Source of the DNA: Treponemataceae bacterium
GTDB lineage: Bacteria > Spirochaetota > Spirochaetia > Treponematales > Rectinemataceae
Reading direction: 5' to 3'
DNA: 64,000 nt
Assembly: GCA_963667725.2 (NCBI GenBank)
Contig: CAXXHO010000003.1
Span: forward strand, 448,001 to 512,000
Below the pieces are notes generated by a model. That model made no database searches. It saw only the letters and a list, made by a program, of their open reading frames with translations, and was not told the origin of the DNA. Of this stretch, positions 29,387 through 41,607 are shown one piece after another. The position numbers and the translations under genes are program-made. Positions within the stretch are counted from its first letter, which is position 1; each line of letters starts with the position of its first letter.

Positions 29387-31375
29387 CTAGACCGTGAGAG
29401 CCTTTTTCTTGTTGTACTTGATCTGCTGATAGACGAAGACCGCTGCGCAAAGCACGATGCCGATGATGTCGGTGGACAGACCGGGATAGATCATGAGAAG
29501 ACCGCCCGCAAATGCCATAATTCTCTCAGGCCAAGTCATCGTTGTCCTGAACCAGGCGCTTACGGCGGCCGAGACCGCGGTAATGCCGATGAGGCTCGTG
29601 ATAAGCATCCAGACAAGCCCTACCGGGGTAACGTTGAACAGAAGCATCTGGGGATTGAGCACGAAGATGTAAGGAACAAGGAATGCGGCAATCGCCAATT
29701 TTGTGGCGTTGACTCCAGTCTTCATCGGATTGGCCTTGGCTATACCGGCCCCCGCGAAGGCCGCCAGCGCAACGGGCGGGGTGACGTCCGCTATTATGCC
29801 GAAATAGAAGGCGAACATATGGGCAGGGAGCATGATATAGGCAGGCGCCACGAGGTTGGGATCGAGGCCGGCTTTCTGCGCCATTATCATGACGATGGCC
29901 GGCGCGGCTATCGTCGAAGTGATGACGTAGTTGGCTGTCGTGGGAACGCCCATGCCCAAAAGAATCGATGTGATCATGGTAAAGAAAAGAGTGATGACCA
30001 GATTTCCATTGGCTATATCGACGAGGACGGAACCCAACTTGAGGCCAAGACCGGTGAGTGTCACGACGCCGATGATGATACCCGCGCAGGCCGTAGCCGC
30101 TATCACGCCGAGAGCGCCCCTGGCGCCAGCCTCAAGGCCCTTGATTATCTCAATCGGTTTGATTCGCGTGGATTTTCTGAGCATCGATGAGAGAATCGAG
30201 AGAATGATAGCCCAGAGCGCCGCCTTCATGGGCGTAAAGCCCGTGACGAGGAGGTAGACGATGGCGATGAGGGGGATCATGAGGTGGCCGCGCTCAAACA
30301 TGATTTTCTTGAACTTAGGCAGGTCCTCTCGTTTCAGGCCCTTGAGTCCAAGTTTCTTGGCTTCATAGTGCACGCCTGACCATACGCCGAAGTAGTAGAG
30401 GAGGGCGGGGATGGCCGCGGCGGCGATGATGCGCGAATAGGGAATGTTCGTGAACTCGGCCATGAGGAAGGCAGCCGCGCCCATGATTGGCGGCATGAGT
30501 TGCCCGCCTGTGGATGCGGTAGCTTCGACGGCGCCGGCGAATTCAGGCTTATAGCCGAGCTTTTTCATCATAGGGATAGTGAAGGAGCCCGTTCCTACAA
30601 CGTTGGCTACCGAGGAACCGGATACCGTACCCATGAGGGCGCTGGAGAGGACGGCAACCTTGGCGGGTCCGCCTGCAGCCCAGCCGGCAATCGAGTTGGC
30701 CAGATCGATGAAGAGCTGTCCGAGGCCTGTTCTTTCCAGATAGGCGCCGAAGAGTATGAAAAGAAAGATGAAGGTGCTTGATACCCCAAGAGGGATGCCG
30801 AAGACGCCCTCCGTCGTGTAGAAGAGATGTTGGACTAGGGTGTCGAGGCGCGCCCCGCGGTGGGCCAGCTTCCCCGGGATATAGGGGCCGATAAAAGCGT
30901 AGATGATAAAAATGAGCGCTACTATGACCATCGGGATGCCGACTACCCTGCGGGCCGCCTCTAGGACGAGGAGTAGCCCGATAATTCCTGCGATGAGGTC
31001 GAAGGTAGTTGTCGATCCCGCCCTGCCTACCAGGGCTTGATAATTCCATACAATATACATGGGGGCAAGGACGCCAAGAACGGAGAGAACAGCATCGAGC
31101 GGATGCAGCTTGCTCCGTGACCATTTTTTGCTGGTGGGGTAGAGGAGGAATATCAGACAAAAACCGAATGAAAGGTGGATCGATCGCTGGATCATAGCGT
31201 CCAGTACGCCAAATACCGCCGTATAGAGTTGGAAGACGGAAAAGGTGATGGCGAGAGCGGCCACTACTTTGGCAAAGAAGCCGGTATAGACGCGATAGTC
31301 CGATTCCTTGTCGAATTTCTTCAGAATCGCCTGGCTGTCGACCGGCTGATCATCGTTGATAATTTGTTCGCTCAT
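29387..31375 (-). CDS. TRAP transporter fused 4TM/12TM permease (TAXI type)
   Basis: GGPAKVAV, SGSSVANVV, ASTGGQLMPPIMGAAAF, GMGVPTTANY, DVTPPVAL. Confidence 0.95.
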   Translation of the reverse strand: MSEQIINDDQPVDSQAILKKFDKESDYRVYTGFFAKVVAALAITFSVFQLYTAVFGVLDAMIQRSIHLSFGFCLIFLLYPTSKKWSRSKLHPLDAVLSVLGVLAPMYIVWNYQALVGRAGSTTTFDLIAGIIGLLLVLEAARRVVGIPMVIVALIFIIYAFIGPYIPGKLAHRGARLDTLVQHLFYTTEGVFGIPLGVSSTFIFLFILFGAYLERTGLGQLFIDLANSIAGWAAGGPAKVAVLSSALMGTVSGSSVANVVGTGSFTIPMMKKLGYKPEFAGAVEATASTGGQLMPPIMGAAAFLMAEFTNIPYSRIIAAAAIPALLYYFGVWSGVHYEAKKLGLKGLKREDLPKFKKIMFERGHLMIPLIAIVYLLVTGFTPMKAALWAIILSILSSMLRKSTRIKPIEIIKGLEAGARGALGVIAATACAGIIIGVVTLTGLGLKLGSVLVDIANGNLVITLFFTMITSILLGMGVPTTANYVITSTIAAPAIVMIMAQKAGLDPNLVAPAYIMLPAHMFAFYFGIIADVTPPVALAAFAGAGIAKANPMKTGVNATKLAIAAFLVPYIFVLNPQMLLFNVTPVGLVWMLITSLIGITAVSAAVSAWFRTTMTWPERIMAFAGGLLMIYPGLSTDIIGIVLCAAVFVYQQIKYNKKKALTV

Positions 31376-31881
31376 GGATGAGCCTTCCTCCTGGAAAAAA
31401 TTAAAACCTTTACCCCTGCTTTCAGGGTTATACTCGACTCGACCGTTGCCCATTCGGTGAAAGGGTGAAAGGAACCATCATAGACAATACCATGCCCCGG
31501 AAGATGTGAAACCCTTATATCCAGCTTTTTGAAGGATCGATGCATGTCGACGACAAAACGGTTGTCTTCGATTCTGAACGCGTCGCCGCCATCTGAAGGC
31601 ATGCCTACGCCATATGTGTCGTACCTTACTCTTACCAATTCCAGGGTGTCGCCGGAAATGACAAATTCTTCGTCGACAGGTGTTTTATGGATCGAATGGA
31701 TATATCGATGTACAAAACCTTCTTCCATGACGGGAATCGACGCCAGCTTACGCCCCTCGCCGCTAAAAATCATAATCGCTGGACGAATGGAGATGGCTGA
31801 TGCGAGGATCGCCGGGGGAATGATCGTTAATGCTGCGACGAAGATCGCGGCAAAGAATGGATTCCTGTTGCCGAATCTCAT
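31372..31881 (-). CDS. DUF1850-family protein
   Basis: YIHSIHKTPVDE and YGVGMP motifs; lies between TAXI binding protein and permease. Confidence 0.8.
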   Translation of the reverse strand: MRFGNRNPFFAAIFVAALTIIPPAILASAISIRPAIMIFSGEGRKLASIPVMEEGFVHRYIHSIHKTPVDEEFVISGDTLELVRVRYDTYGVGMPSDGGDAFRIEDNRFVVDMHRSFKKLDIRVSHLPGHGIVYDGSFHPFTEWATVESSITLKAGVKVLIFSRRKAHP

Positions 31882-32013
31882 ATCGCCTCTTCTCAGGATC
31901 GGTACCTGTTCAACTATGAATAAGGAATGGAAATGGGCTTCCTGGATGATCCGGGTTACCCATTTCCATCATGTAAAAGCCGCTATCTGCCCTTCCATGG
32001 AAGGGCAGGTAGC

Positions 32014-32958
32014 TTACTTATTCTCTTTATAGAACTTCTCGGCACCCGCATGCAGGGGAATGGACATGCCTTCGAGAGCGCTGGCGAGCTTAATGTTTGC
32101 TCCCTGAGAATGCGCGGCTACAAGCCTCGGGCCGTTCGCGAACATGGTCTTCAGCATCTGATAGACCAGATCGGCGTCGAGTTTGGCACTGACGGCGAGC
32201 ATGGATTTCATGCAGAGGGAGGGGGTATCCACCGTGATGCCATTATAGGTGTTGGCCGGAACGACCGTGGGGGCATAGAAGGACCATTTAGCCATAAGCT
32301 TGTCCTGAAGGGCTTTGTCTACCGGCACGAGGATAGTCTTCTTGGAGATCGCGAGATCCTGGATAGCTGCGATCGGGAAACCGCCGGTCGTGAAGGCGGC
32401 GTCGATGTTGCCGTCTTTCAGGTTGGAAGCGGATTCGGCGAACGAGAGGTACTGAACCTTGATGTCGGAATAGGTGAGTCCTGCTGCTTCGAGGTACTGC
32501 TTGGCGTTCGCTTCAACGCCTGAACCGGCAGCGCCGACCGATACTTTCTTGCCCTTGAGGTCATAGACGGACTTGATCCCCGAAGACTGGAGGGCGATCA
32601 GCTGGACGGTTTCATTGTAGAGGCTTGCCATGCCGCGGAGTTCGGGCACCGGTTTGCCGTTAAACTGGTCCAGGACAACGCCGTCGTGGGCATAATACGC
32701 GACATCGTTCTGGATGATGACGACGTCTACCTTCCCATCTTTAAGCAAGGTGACATTCGCGGCCGACGCACCCGTGGCCTGAGCTGTGGCGTTCATCTTG
32801 GCGATGTTCTTGTTCCAGATCTCGGCCATGGCGCCGCCGAGGGGATAGTAGGTTCCAGCGGTGCCGCCGGTACCTATCGTGATGAATCTCTGCTGCGCCG
32901 ATACGGCGCCGACGGCGATAAGGAGACAGAACGAGATTGCCAATAGCTTCTTCATCAA
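32014..32958 (-). CDS. TAXI-family TRAP solute-binding protein
   Basis: Signal peptide, IGTGGTAGTYYPLG, VGAAGSG, IPLHAGAEKFY. Confidence 0.93.
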   Translation of the reverse strand: MMKKLLAISFCLLIAVGAVSAQQRFITIGTGGTAGTYYPLGGAMAEIWNKNIAKMNATAQATGASAANVTLLKDGKVDVVIIQNDVAYYAHDGVVLDQFNGKPVPELRGMASLYNETVQLIALQSSGIKSVYDLKGKKVSVGAAGSGVEANAKQYLEAAGLTYSDIKVQYLSFAESASNLKDGNIDAAFTTGGFPIAAIQDLAISKKTILVPVDKALQDKLMAKWSFYAPTVVPANTYNGITVDTPSLCMKSMLAVSAKLDADLVYQMLKTMFANGPRLVAAHSQGANIKLASALEGMSIPLHAGAEKFYKENK

Positions 32959-33271
32959 AAACCTCCGGTAAACAATTTGGGGATGTAAAACAGCCTATTC
33001 CCCGACAGGCTCAACCGAAGCAGTATAGTATGGTTTTTGCTATTTCGCAATCTTGATTTTGCCAATCAAAAATGATTTATTGAAGCGGGAAAGAAGCAAA
33101 AAAAGAAGGCTTCCGGAGAAGGAGGCACAACCCGGAAGTCTTCAGCGCCAAATTCTGGGCACGAAACCCGGAAATCGGCAGTCAGGAAAAAATATATAGT
33201 GAATTCTAAATAATGGTCAATACTTATCGATAAAAAAAGCCCTTTAAAATTCAAATTCTTTCTTTTCAAGA

Positions 33272-34681
33272 ATGAGATTGCGCATCGACCGTCTCTCGTG
33301 TATGGTTCTTGCGGGTATTTTCCCATGGAAAAGGGGCGCTGCCGCGCCTCTTCACGCCGCGCATACGGGAGGCCGTTCCGTGATTTCTTTCGAGCGCTGG
33401 AGAGATGGCTTCGTCATGACCGTGGAAGGCCGAAGAATCCTGAGACACTCCTCTTCTTCCCCCGCCATTTTCTTGGGAACAACGAAGGTGAAAGCCTCGT
33501 CCAAGAAGGTTCAAGGCATTGGGGATGGGCAAGTCTGGAAAAATCCCGGAGCCTGCGAGATCATCAATGAAGGCCCTGATCTGACTGTCCTGGAATTCGG
33601 CTCCTTCTGTACTATCCGGATTTCGTATGTAGACAGAGTGCTTCGTCTTCGTTTTTTCCCCTCTTCAGCCATAAACGGGGGAATCAGGATAAAACTGGGA
33701 GCGAATCCCAAGGAAAAGCTGTTCGGCGCCGGCCCGTCGACACTCTACGACCTGAAAGGCAAGAAGCTTCTGACGCGTCCCTCTGACGACAAGACAAAAC
33801 TCCGCGGCAACCTTTCGGTCATGTCGAATATGGGCACCTGGATGAATGTCGACGGCGGGGAAATCCTCAGCTGGAACTTCGGGGCTTCTCTTACCGACCT
33901 GTCCTGTTCCGTATTGCCGGCTGAGATCGCGCTGGGCTTCGGGAATTCGACCGCGATGGGCATAGAAATGCTTACGCGTCATTTGGCCGGAAAGCTGGGA
34001 AAGACCGTCAGGGAAAGACTTCCGCAAAGCATACAGAGCGGGTTCTTTCTTGAAGAGGCTTTCGCCGAACCGCTTCCTGCCGACGCCGGAAGGCTGAAAA
34101 GCGCCGAAGATCTCGTCACCATGATTCTCTCCCTCTCCCTTGCGGGAAAGGGCAATGTGTACATGCCCCTTGACGGTTTCAGAATGAAGGATGCGGCAAA
34201 CTCGCGGAGTGACGCGGCTCATGCGCTGGAAATCGCGGCATTTGGTCCGCTCTTCACCATGTCCGAACCGGAGAATGTTCAGGATGAGGTTCTCGGACGT
34301 CGGATGAAGGCCGCCCTCACGATTCATGAGATGCTGAAGCCTTATAGGGATTTTTGTTCGGAAAACTGGGTTGAAAAAGGTATACCGATCCTGATCCATC
34401 CCGCCGTCTATTATCCCGAGGAAGAAGGGCTCTGGGAACTCAGGGATCAGTATATGTTCGGTCCCGATCTCCTGATAGCCCCGACTCCCGAGGGCGGGAC
34501 GCGAACGCGCCGTCTCTGTTTGCCCCGTGATGAATGGATACACCTTTGGACATCGCGCCATTATCGAAACGGCGCGACAGTCGTCGACGCCCCGGAGGGG
34601 AAACCCGCGGTTTTCTATAGAAAAGAAAGCAGATTCGTCGAACTTTTTAACGCGATACGGCAGAAGGCGACCAGGTTCTAG
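33272..34681 (+). CDS. Degenerate GH31 alpha-glucosidase-like protein
   Basis: GH31 C-terminal signature (DQYMFGPDLLIAP, LPRDEWIHLWT, APEGKPAVFYR), but short and without a recognisable catalytic core. Confidence 0.6.
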   Translation: MRLRIDRLSCMVLAGIFPWKRGAAAPLHAAHTGGRSVISFERWRDGFVMTVEGRRILRHSSSSPAIFLGTTKVKASSKKVQGIGDGQVWKNPGACEIINEGPDLTVLEFGSFCTIRISYVDRVLRLRFFPSSAINGGIRIKLGANPKEKLFGAGPSTLYDLKGKKLLTRPSDDKTKLRGNLSVMSNMGTWMNVDGGEILSWNFGASLTDLSCSVLPAEIALGFGNSTAMGIEMLTRHLAGKLGKTVRERLPQSIQSGFFLEEAFAEPLPADAGRLKSAEDLVTMILSLSLAGKGNVYMPLDGFRMKDAANSRSDAAHALEIAAFGPLFTMSEPENVQDEVLGRRMKAALTIHEMLKPYRDFCSENWVEKGIPILIHPAVYYPEEEGLWELRDQYMFGPDLLIAPTPEGGTRTRRLCLPRDEWIHLWTSRHYRNGATVVDAPEGKPAVFYRKESRFVELFNAIRQKATRF

Positions 34682-34707
34682 GATTTTATCCAGGCATTTC
34701 CGTCGAC

Positions 34708-35979
34708 TTACCGATGTTTGCGGAGCATAAGCACTACCGCGCGGGCTTCGATGGCGTTTCCCGCGCCGATTTCCCCGAATCCCTCATTGGTCTTGGCCTT
34801 GACCGAAACAGCGTCGGCAGGAATTCCGAGCCGGCTGGCGATGGAGGCGCGGATCTCGTCGCGCCGCGGCCCCAGCCTGGGTTTTTCTAGGATAACGGTG
34901 CAGTCCATATTGCCAATCTTCCAACCCGCTTCGGCTGCTTTTTGGGCGGCGAGAGCGGCCAATTGCCCCGAATCGGCGTCTTTCCAGAGAGGATCCGACG
35001 GCGGAAAATGGGAACCGATATCGCCCAACGCCAATGCTCCGATGAGGGCATCGGTGATGGCATGCCAGAGGACATCACCGTCGGAATGACCGGCTTCGCC
35101 CCTGTCGTGTTCGAGGCGGATTCCCCCGATCAGCAGCCTTCTGCCCGGAACGAGGGGGTGGATGTCCCAGCCCTCGCCGATCCTGAACGCGGGTGCGTCT
35201 TCTTCCATGGGCAAATCTTCCCTGTAGGTGATTTTTCTGTTTTTCCTGTCGCCGGGGACGGAGGCCACTTTTCCGATATAGCGATCCCATAGCGAGGCGT
35301 CATCCGTGCAGGTCCAGCCTTCGGCGGCGGCGGCGCCGTGGGCGGCGGCGAGGGCCGCGAGGGCGAATCCCTGGGGGGTCTGAGCGGCCTTTACCGAATC
35401 GCGCTCAAGGTGGGTTTGGATGAAGCCGTCGGCCGATATCGCTTTGGGAGTGTCGGGGAGATCGCTCAGGGGAATGCAGGCGCCGTTGGCTCTGGCGGCG
35501 GCAAGGACAGCGTCGACGGTATCGGCCGCCACCCAGGGACGAGCCGCGTCATGCACGAGGACGACTGCCCCGGCCGGATCGATGGCGGTGCCGGGAAGAG
35601 CGGCGCCACAGGCTTCGATGAGCGCGTCGAGCCCGCTTTTCACCGAGGCTTGTCTCGTTTCTCCGCCCTGGATGAAACGAAGGCCGCATGCCAGCGCGGT
35701 CAGTTTTCCTGCCAGCTCTTCGTCGATGCTCGCCCGTATCTCGTCGAGCCGGCCGGCTGGATAGGTAACGACGACGCCGGCGAGATCCTCGAGATGGAGA
35801 AAGCCCTCAAGCGAATGCTGAAGTATGCTTTTGCCTTCTAGAGAAAGGAGTTCTTTTTTTGTGCCGCCGAACCGCGAACTGGATCCGGCCGCTGTCAGAA
35901 GGAGAAAGGCTCCGTGGCCGAGGGGCAGGCGAGGAGCCTCCAGGCAGCGATGAGCATCCAGCTGGTCTGTGCCGGACAT
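34708..35979 (-). CDS. ispDF: Bifunctional IspD/IspF
   Basis: AAGSSSRFG, VHDAARP, QTPQGF, TDDASL; GEGWDIH, HSDGDVLWHA, SVKAKTNE. Confidence 0.95.
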   Translation of the reverse strand: MSGTDQLDAHRCLEAPRLPLGHGAFLLLTAAGSSSRFGGTKKELLSLEGKSILQHSLEGFLHLEDLAGVVVTYPAGRLDEIRASIDEELAGKLTALACGLRFIQGGETRQASVKSGLDALIEACGAALPGTAIDPAGAVVLVHDAARPWVAADTVDAVLAAARANGACIPLSDLPDTPKAISADGFIQTHLERDSVKAAQTPQGFALAALAAAHGAAAAEGWTCTDDASLWDRYIGKVASVPGDRKNRKITYREDLPMEEDAPAFRIGEGWDIHPLVPGRRLLIGGIRLEHDRGEAGHSDGDVLWHAITDALIGALALGDIGSHFPPSDPLWKDADSGQLAALAAQKAAEAGWKIGNMDCTVILEKPRLGPRRDEIRASIASRLGIPADAVSVKAKTNEGFGEIGAGNAIEARAVVLMLRKHR

Positions 35980-35985
35980 CGGATA

Positions 35986-36486
35986 TCAGCTCTCGAGGCG
36001 CGCGTGGATGAGTTCGGCGATTTCTTCCTTCGGCTTTCCGAGCGAGAAAGAAATCTCGTCCTGCAGGAGGTTTATCGCCGAATCGTAGAGCTTCCGCTCG
36101 AGGATGGGGAGTTCCTTGATCTTCGAGCGATGATAGAGAGAGCGTACGACAGATGCTATATCCATTATAGAACCTTTCTTGAGGAGGTCCAGGTTCATCT
36201 GGTAGCGAAGTTTCCAGTCTGATGGTATGGGGGCGTAGTCCTCCGAAATGAAGGTCAGCGCCAGTTCGGCCTCGGTCTGGGGAACGATGGGGCGCAGTCC
36301 CAGGAATTCCGCCTTGTCCACGGGCACCATCACGGTCATGTCGGAAAACTCGAGATAGATGATGTAGTAGAGAATCTTGGAATCCTTGAAGGATTTTTCC
36401 CTGATCTCGAGGATGCGTCCGACACCCTGGCTGGGATAGACGACGCGCTGATCTATTTTATAGGCGGGGACCGTTTTGTTCTCCAT
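35986..36486 (-). CDS. carD: CarD-family transcription factor
   Basis: VVYPSQGVGRI, WKLRY; upstream of ispDF. Confidence 0.93.
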   Translation of the reverse strand: MENKTVPAYKIDQRVVYPSQGVGRILEIREKSFKDSKILYYIIYLEFSDMTVMVPVDKAEFLGLRPIVPQTEAELALTFISEDYAPIPSDWKLRYQMNLDLLKKGSIMDIASVVRSLYHRSKIKELPILERKLYDSAINLLQDEISFSLGKPKEEIAELIHARLES

Positions 36487-36593
36487 AGTAGGTCATTGTA
36501 TCAAAAAAAAGGGCTTTCGTCAAAGCATTGACATCGCAATGACGATTTCCACGCTTGCGGGGATCAAATTCGAAGTGTATCGTTCAGCCTGGT

Positions 36594-37298
36594 ATGAAAA
36601 AGGTCAGACCTCTGCCCCCAGAAGCCTGGGTTTTCCCCTTCATAATAGCCGCCGTCGCCCTGGCTAGCATTGTCTTCAGAGCGGAAATCGCTGATGTCTA
36701 CAGGAACAGAGAGGCCGTCAGGACATGGATGGAAGGGCTCGGCACCCTGGGTCCCATCGTCTTCATCGGCATGCAGATACTCCAAGTCGTCGTCTTCGTG
36801 ATCCCCGGCGAGCTCACCCAGGCTTCGGGCGGCTTTATTTTCGGGTTCTGGGGAGGCGGCATCCTCAGCATGGTCGGGATAGCGGCCGGGTCTCTCATCA
36901 ACTATGGAATAGGCCGATTTTCCGGCCGCCCCTTTATCCGCGGCATTTTGGGCAACGAGCGCCTGGAAAAGGCGGAAAAAGCCCTGACCGAAAACCGAAG
37001 GGCCGAAGCGGGATATTTCCTCCTCTTTCTCCTGCCCGGCATCCCCAAGGATATTCTCTGCTACATCGCCGGCATGGCGAAAACGCCCCTCGTCGAATTC
37101 CTGGCCGAATCCATGTCGGCTCGCCTCCCCGGTATCGCTGGCAGCACCCTCATTGGAATGGCCGCCTATTCCGGCCGGATAGCCCTTACCCTCTGGCTCT
37201 TCGCCGCGGCCGTTATCCTTTTCATCGCCGGGCTTGTCTGGCGCAAGCCGCTCGAAGTCTGGCTCGCCAGGCGCTTTGGCGGGCTGAGAAATCGCTGA
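36594..37298 (+). CDS. TVP38/TMEM64 (DedA superfamily) membrane protein
   Basis: QVVVFVIPGE, FGFWGG, LLPGIPKD. Confidence 0.88.
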   Translation: MKKVRPLPPEAWVFPFIIAAVALASIVFRAEIADVYRNREAVRTWMEGLGTLGPIVFIGMQILQVVVFVIPGELTQASGGFIFGFWGGGILSMVGIAAGSLINYGIGRFSGRPFIRGILGNERLEKAEKALTENRRAEAGYFLLFLLPGIPKDILCYIAGMAKTPLVEFLAESMSARLPGIAGSTLIGMAAYSGRIALTLWLFAAAVILFIAGLVWRKPLEVWLARRFGGLRNR

Positions 37299-37312
37299 AA
37301 CTGGAGGAAACC

Positions 37313-38941
37313 ATGGGCAGAGCCTGGTGGACAGAAGCCGTTTTCTATCAAATCTATCCCCGGAGTTTCAGGGACGCGAACGGCGATGGGACTGGGGACC
37401 TGGCCGGCATAGCGGAAAAAATTGAGTATCTCGAGTGGCTGGGCGTCGATGCCCTCTGGATCTCGCCCTTCTTTCCGAGCCCCATGAAGGACTTCGGCTA
37501 CGATGTTGCCGACTATAGGGACATAGATCCGCTCTTCGGGAGCGCCGAAGATTTCAGGCTGCTTGTAGGAAAAGCCAAGAAGCGCGGGATCAGGATTGTC
37601 CTCGACCTCGTCGCCAACCATAGCTCAGACGAGCATCTCTGGTTCAAGGAGGCGAGGACTTCGCGAGCGTCGCCAAAGCATGGATGGTATCTCTGGGCGC
37701 CCGAGACGGGGAGAGCTCCCAACAACTGGAAGGCGATCTTCGAGCTGGGCACGGCCTGGCACCCCAACCCCGCGACGGGCGAGCGCTATCTCGGAACCTT
37801 CACCCGGCATCAACCGGAATTCGACTGGCGGAACCCGGAAGTCCGGGAAGCCTTCTATGACATCATGCGATACTGGTACGATCTGGGCGTGGACGGATTC
37901 AGGCTCGACGTCGCCACCGCGTACATGAAGGATCCCGAGCTGCGCTCCAATCCGTTCTCCTTCAAGGCTGTCCCGGATTTCTTCCAGAACCATATCAGGG
38001 ATCGCAATCATCCCGATTTTCATGGGGTGTTCAAGGAGATGCGGCGCGTAGCCGACGAATGGGAATCAGCGCGCCCCGGGGCGAGCGTAGCCGGCGAGCG
38101 CGTGCTTATCGGGGAGACCCACGGCGAGAACCCGGCTCTCGCCGCGTCCTGCCATGGCGAACGGGGCGACGAGCTGCACATGGCGTTCAATTTCGATTTC
38201 CTGAACCAGCCCTGGAAGGCCGAAGCCTTTCGGAGCTCGGCGGAGCGCTGGTATTCCCTTCTGCCAGCCGGGGCATGGCCCAATTTTACCTTGAGCAATC
38301 ATGACAGGCCGCGCCATGCCTGGCGCTACCGCTCGCGCGACCCGAAAATCACCGAGGCGAGGGCGAGGATCGCCGCCGCCATGCTCCTTACGCTCAAAGG
38401 TACTCCCTTTCTCTATTACGGAGAAGAGATCGGCCTGACCTGTTACAGGCTGCCCCGCGCCGCCCTCCGCGACCCCCTCGGGATTAAAACCTGGCCACTG
38501 ACCTCCCTCGGCCGCGATCCGGAGCGCAGACCCATGCAATGGGACGGGAGCCCCGACGGCGGATTCGGCTCCGAAAAGCCATGGCTTCCTCTCGGTCCCG
38601 ATTGGCGCGAGCGCAACGTGGAAGCCCAGCGCGGGCGGCCCGACTCCATTCTCGTATGGTACAGGGCTCTTATCGCGCTCAGGCGGACGAGCGTTGCCCT
38701 GAAGAGCGGCTCCCTGCGTTTCCTCGATGCCGCGCCCGGCGTCCTCGCCTATGAAAGGAAGGACGAGGCTTCCGGAGAGAGTATCGCGATTTTTCTCAAT
38801 TTCGCGTCGCGCGGGAGGAAGATCGAATTAAAGGAGAATCTAGTCATCCTGCTTGGAACCGCCCGCCCCGAGGGCGCTGTCCTCGCCGCCGGCGGATCTC
38901 TTCTCGGTCCCTGCGAAGCGCTCATCGCCCGCCAAGGCTGA
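37313..38941 (+). CDS. GH13 alpha-glucosidase / oligo-1,6-glucosidase
   Basis: YQIYPRSFRD, DFGYDVADY, DLVANH, GVDGFRLDV, IGE, SNHD, YYGEEIG; start MGRAWW. Confidence 0.92.
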   Translation: MGRAWWTEAVFYQIYPRSFRDANGDGTGDLAGIAEKIEYLEWLGVDALWISPFFPSPMKDFGYDVADYRDIDPLFGSAEDFRLLVGKAKKRGIRIVLDLVANHSSDEHLWFKEARTSRASPKHGWYLWAPETGRAPNNWKAIFELGTAWHPNPATGERYLGTFTRHQPEFDWRNPEVREAFYDIMRYWYDLGVDGFRLDVATAYMKDPELRSNPFSFKAVPDFFQNHIRDRNHPDFHGVFKEMRRVADEWESARPGASVAGERVLIGETHGENPALAASCHGERGDELHMAFNFDFLNQPWKAEAFRSSAERWYSLLPAGAWPNFTLSNHDRPRHAWRYRSRDPKITEARARIAAAMLLTLKGTPFLYYGEEIGLTCYRLPRAALRDPLGIKTWPLTSLGRDPERRPMQWDGSPDGGFGSEKPWLPLGPDWRERNVEAQRGRPDSILVWYRALIALRRTSVALKSGSLRFLDAAPGVLAYERKDEASGESIAIFLNFASRGRKIELKENLVILLGTARPEGAVLAAGGSLLGPCEALIARQG

Positions 38942-39592
38942 ATCCGCGCTCCTGGGAAGGTGGCGGGGCTTGCCGCCAACTGAGGCCCGCTCTATCTGGT
39001 ATTCCTGCATGCGCGAAAATGCGTTGAGAAGCCTCCGCTTGTCAGGATAATCCTCCAATCCGGCCGATTCCAGGGTACAGAGCAGTTCGTGCACGGTCTC
39101 CAGGGTGGAGAGGCAGAGAGGGCCGGGTTGTCGCTTGATTAGCCACCGGCTCGGCGTTTGGGGCGTGAACATCAGCCTGGGAAGCCTCATCAGTCCGGGA
39201 CTCTCACGGAGGACGGCCTTGGAACAGGCCCAGGTAGCGTCGACGAGGAAGGCGACGATCTTCCGCCCGGAAACCTCGCCCGCGAACCGTTCCGCCATTC
39301 CTGGGTTGGAGAGATCGAAGGAGCCGCTGCTAGGGTAGAGGAGGACGGGAAAATTCTCGGGATCGTCGATGAGTTCCCTGACCCGATTATGCCCGTCGAA
39401 GGCGATTCCCGGTAGCAATTCCGCGCCGGCTATATTCAGACAGGTCATCCGCCCCGTGCCGCAGCGCTCGCGCCGCCATTCCTTGGGGTGCATGAGAAGG
39501 ACGATTTTCGTGCGCAGGACCATCGGAGGCTCGACAGGGCAGAGGCAGGATTCCCGAGGACGGCGGCAGCGGGGACAAACATTCCGAAACAA
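38840..39592 (-). CDS. DTW-domain tRNA-uridine aminocarboxypropyltransferase
   Basis: CxxC...CxC, LMHPKE, GTG, LLYP, DATW, LSTLE. Confidence 0.88.
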   Translation of the reverse strand: MFRNVCPRCRRPRESCLCPVEPPMVLRTKIVLLMHPKEWRRERCGTGRMTCLNIAGAELLPGIAFDGHNRVRELIDDPENFPVLLYPSSGSFDLSNPGMAERFAGEVSGRKIVAFLVDATWACSKAVLRESPGLMRLPRLMFTPQTPSRWLIKRQPGPLCLSTLETVHELLCTLESAGLEDYPDKRRLLNAFSRMQEYQIERASVGGKPRHLPRSADSALAGDERFAGTEKRSAGGEDSALGAGGSKQDD

Positions 39593-39756
39593 TCTTTATC
39601 GCTCCTGGCGAGTACTATACAATAAATCGAACATCCTGGGGATAGACGAGCGGAAGAGGAATAGCTTCCAGTCTTTGGCTCCGGAGCTTTTTTTTATTAT
39701 TATAAATGAGAATGATCGCGAAAATACAAACCCCGATATAGCCAGGAGCCATACTC

Positions 39757-41595
<1,839 letters not shown>

Positions 41596-41607
41596 AAGAG
41601 GTGATGC

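Noticed and set aside
36725..37312. N-terminal extension making the GH13 ORF 738 aa
   Set aside because: Overlaps the TVP38 gene in another frame; the real start is ATG 37313 with a GGAGG RBS
38840..38941. Convergent 3' overlaps (GH13/DTW; also truA/MscS at 3400-3463) as regulatory systems
   Set aside because: Low-complexity tails, common in compact GC-rich genomes, with no further evidence
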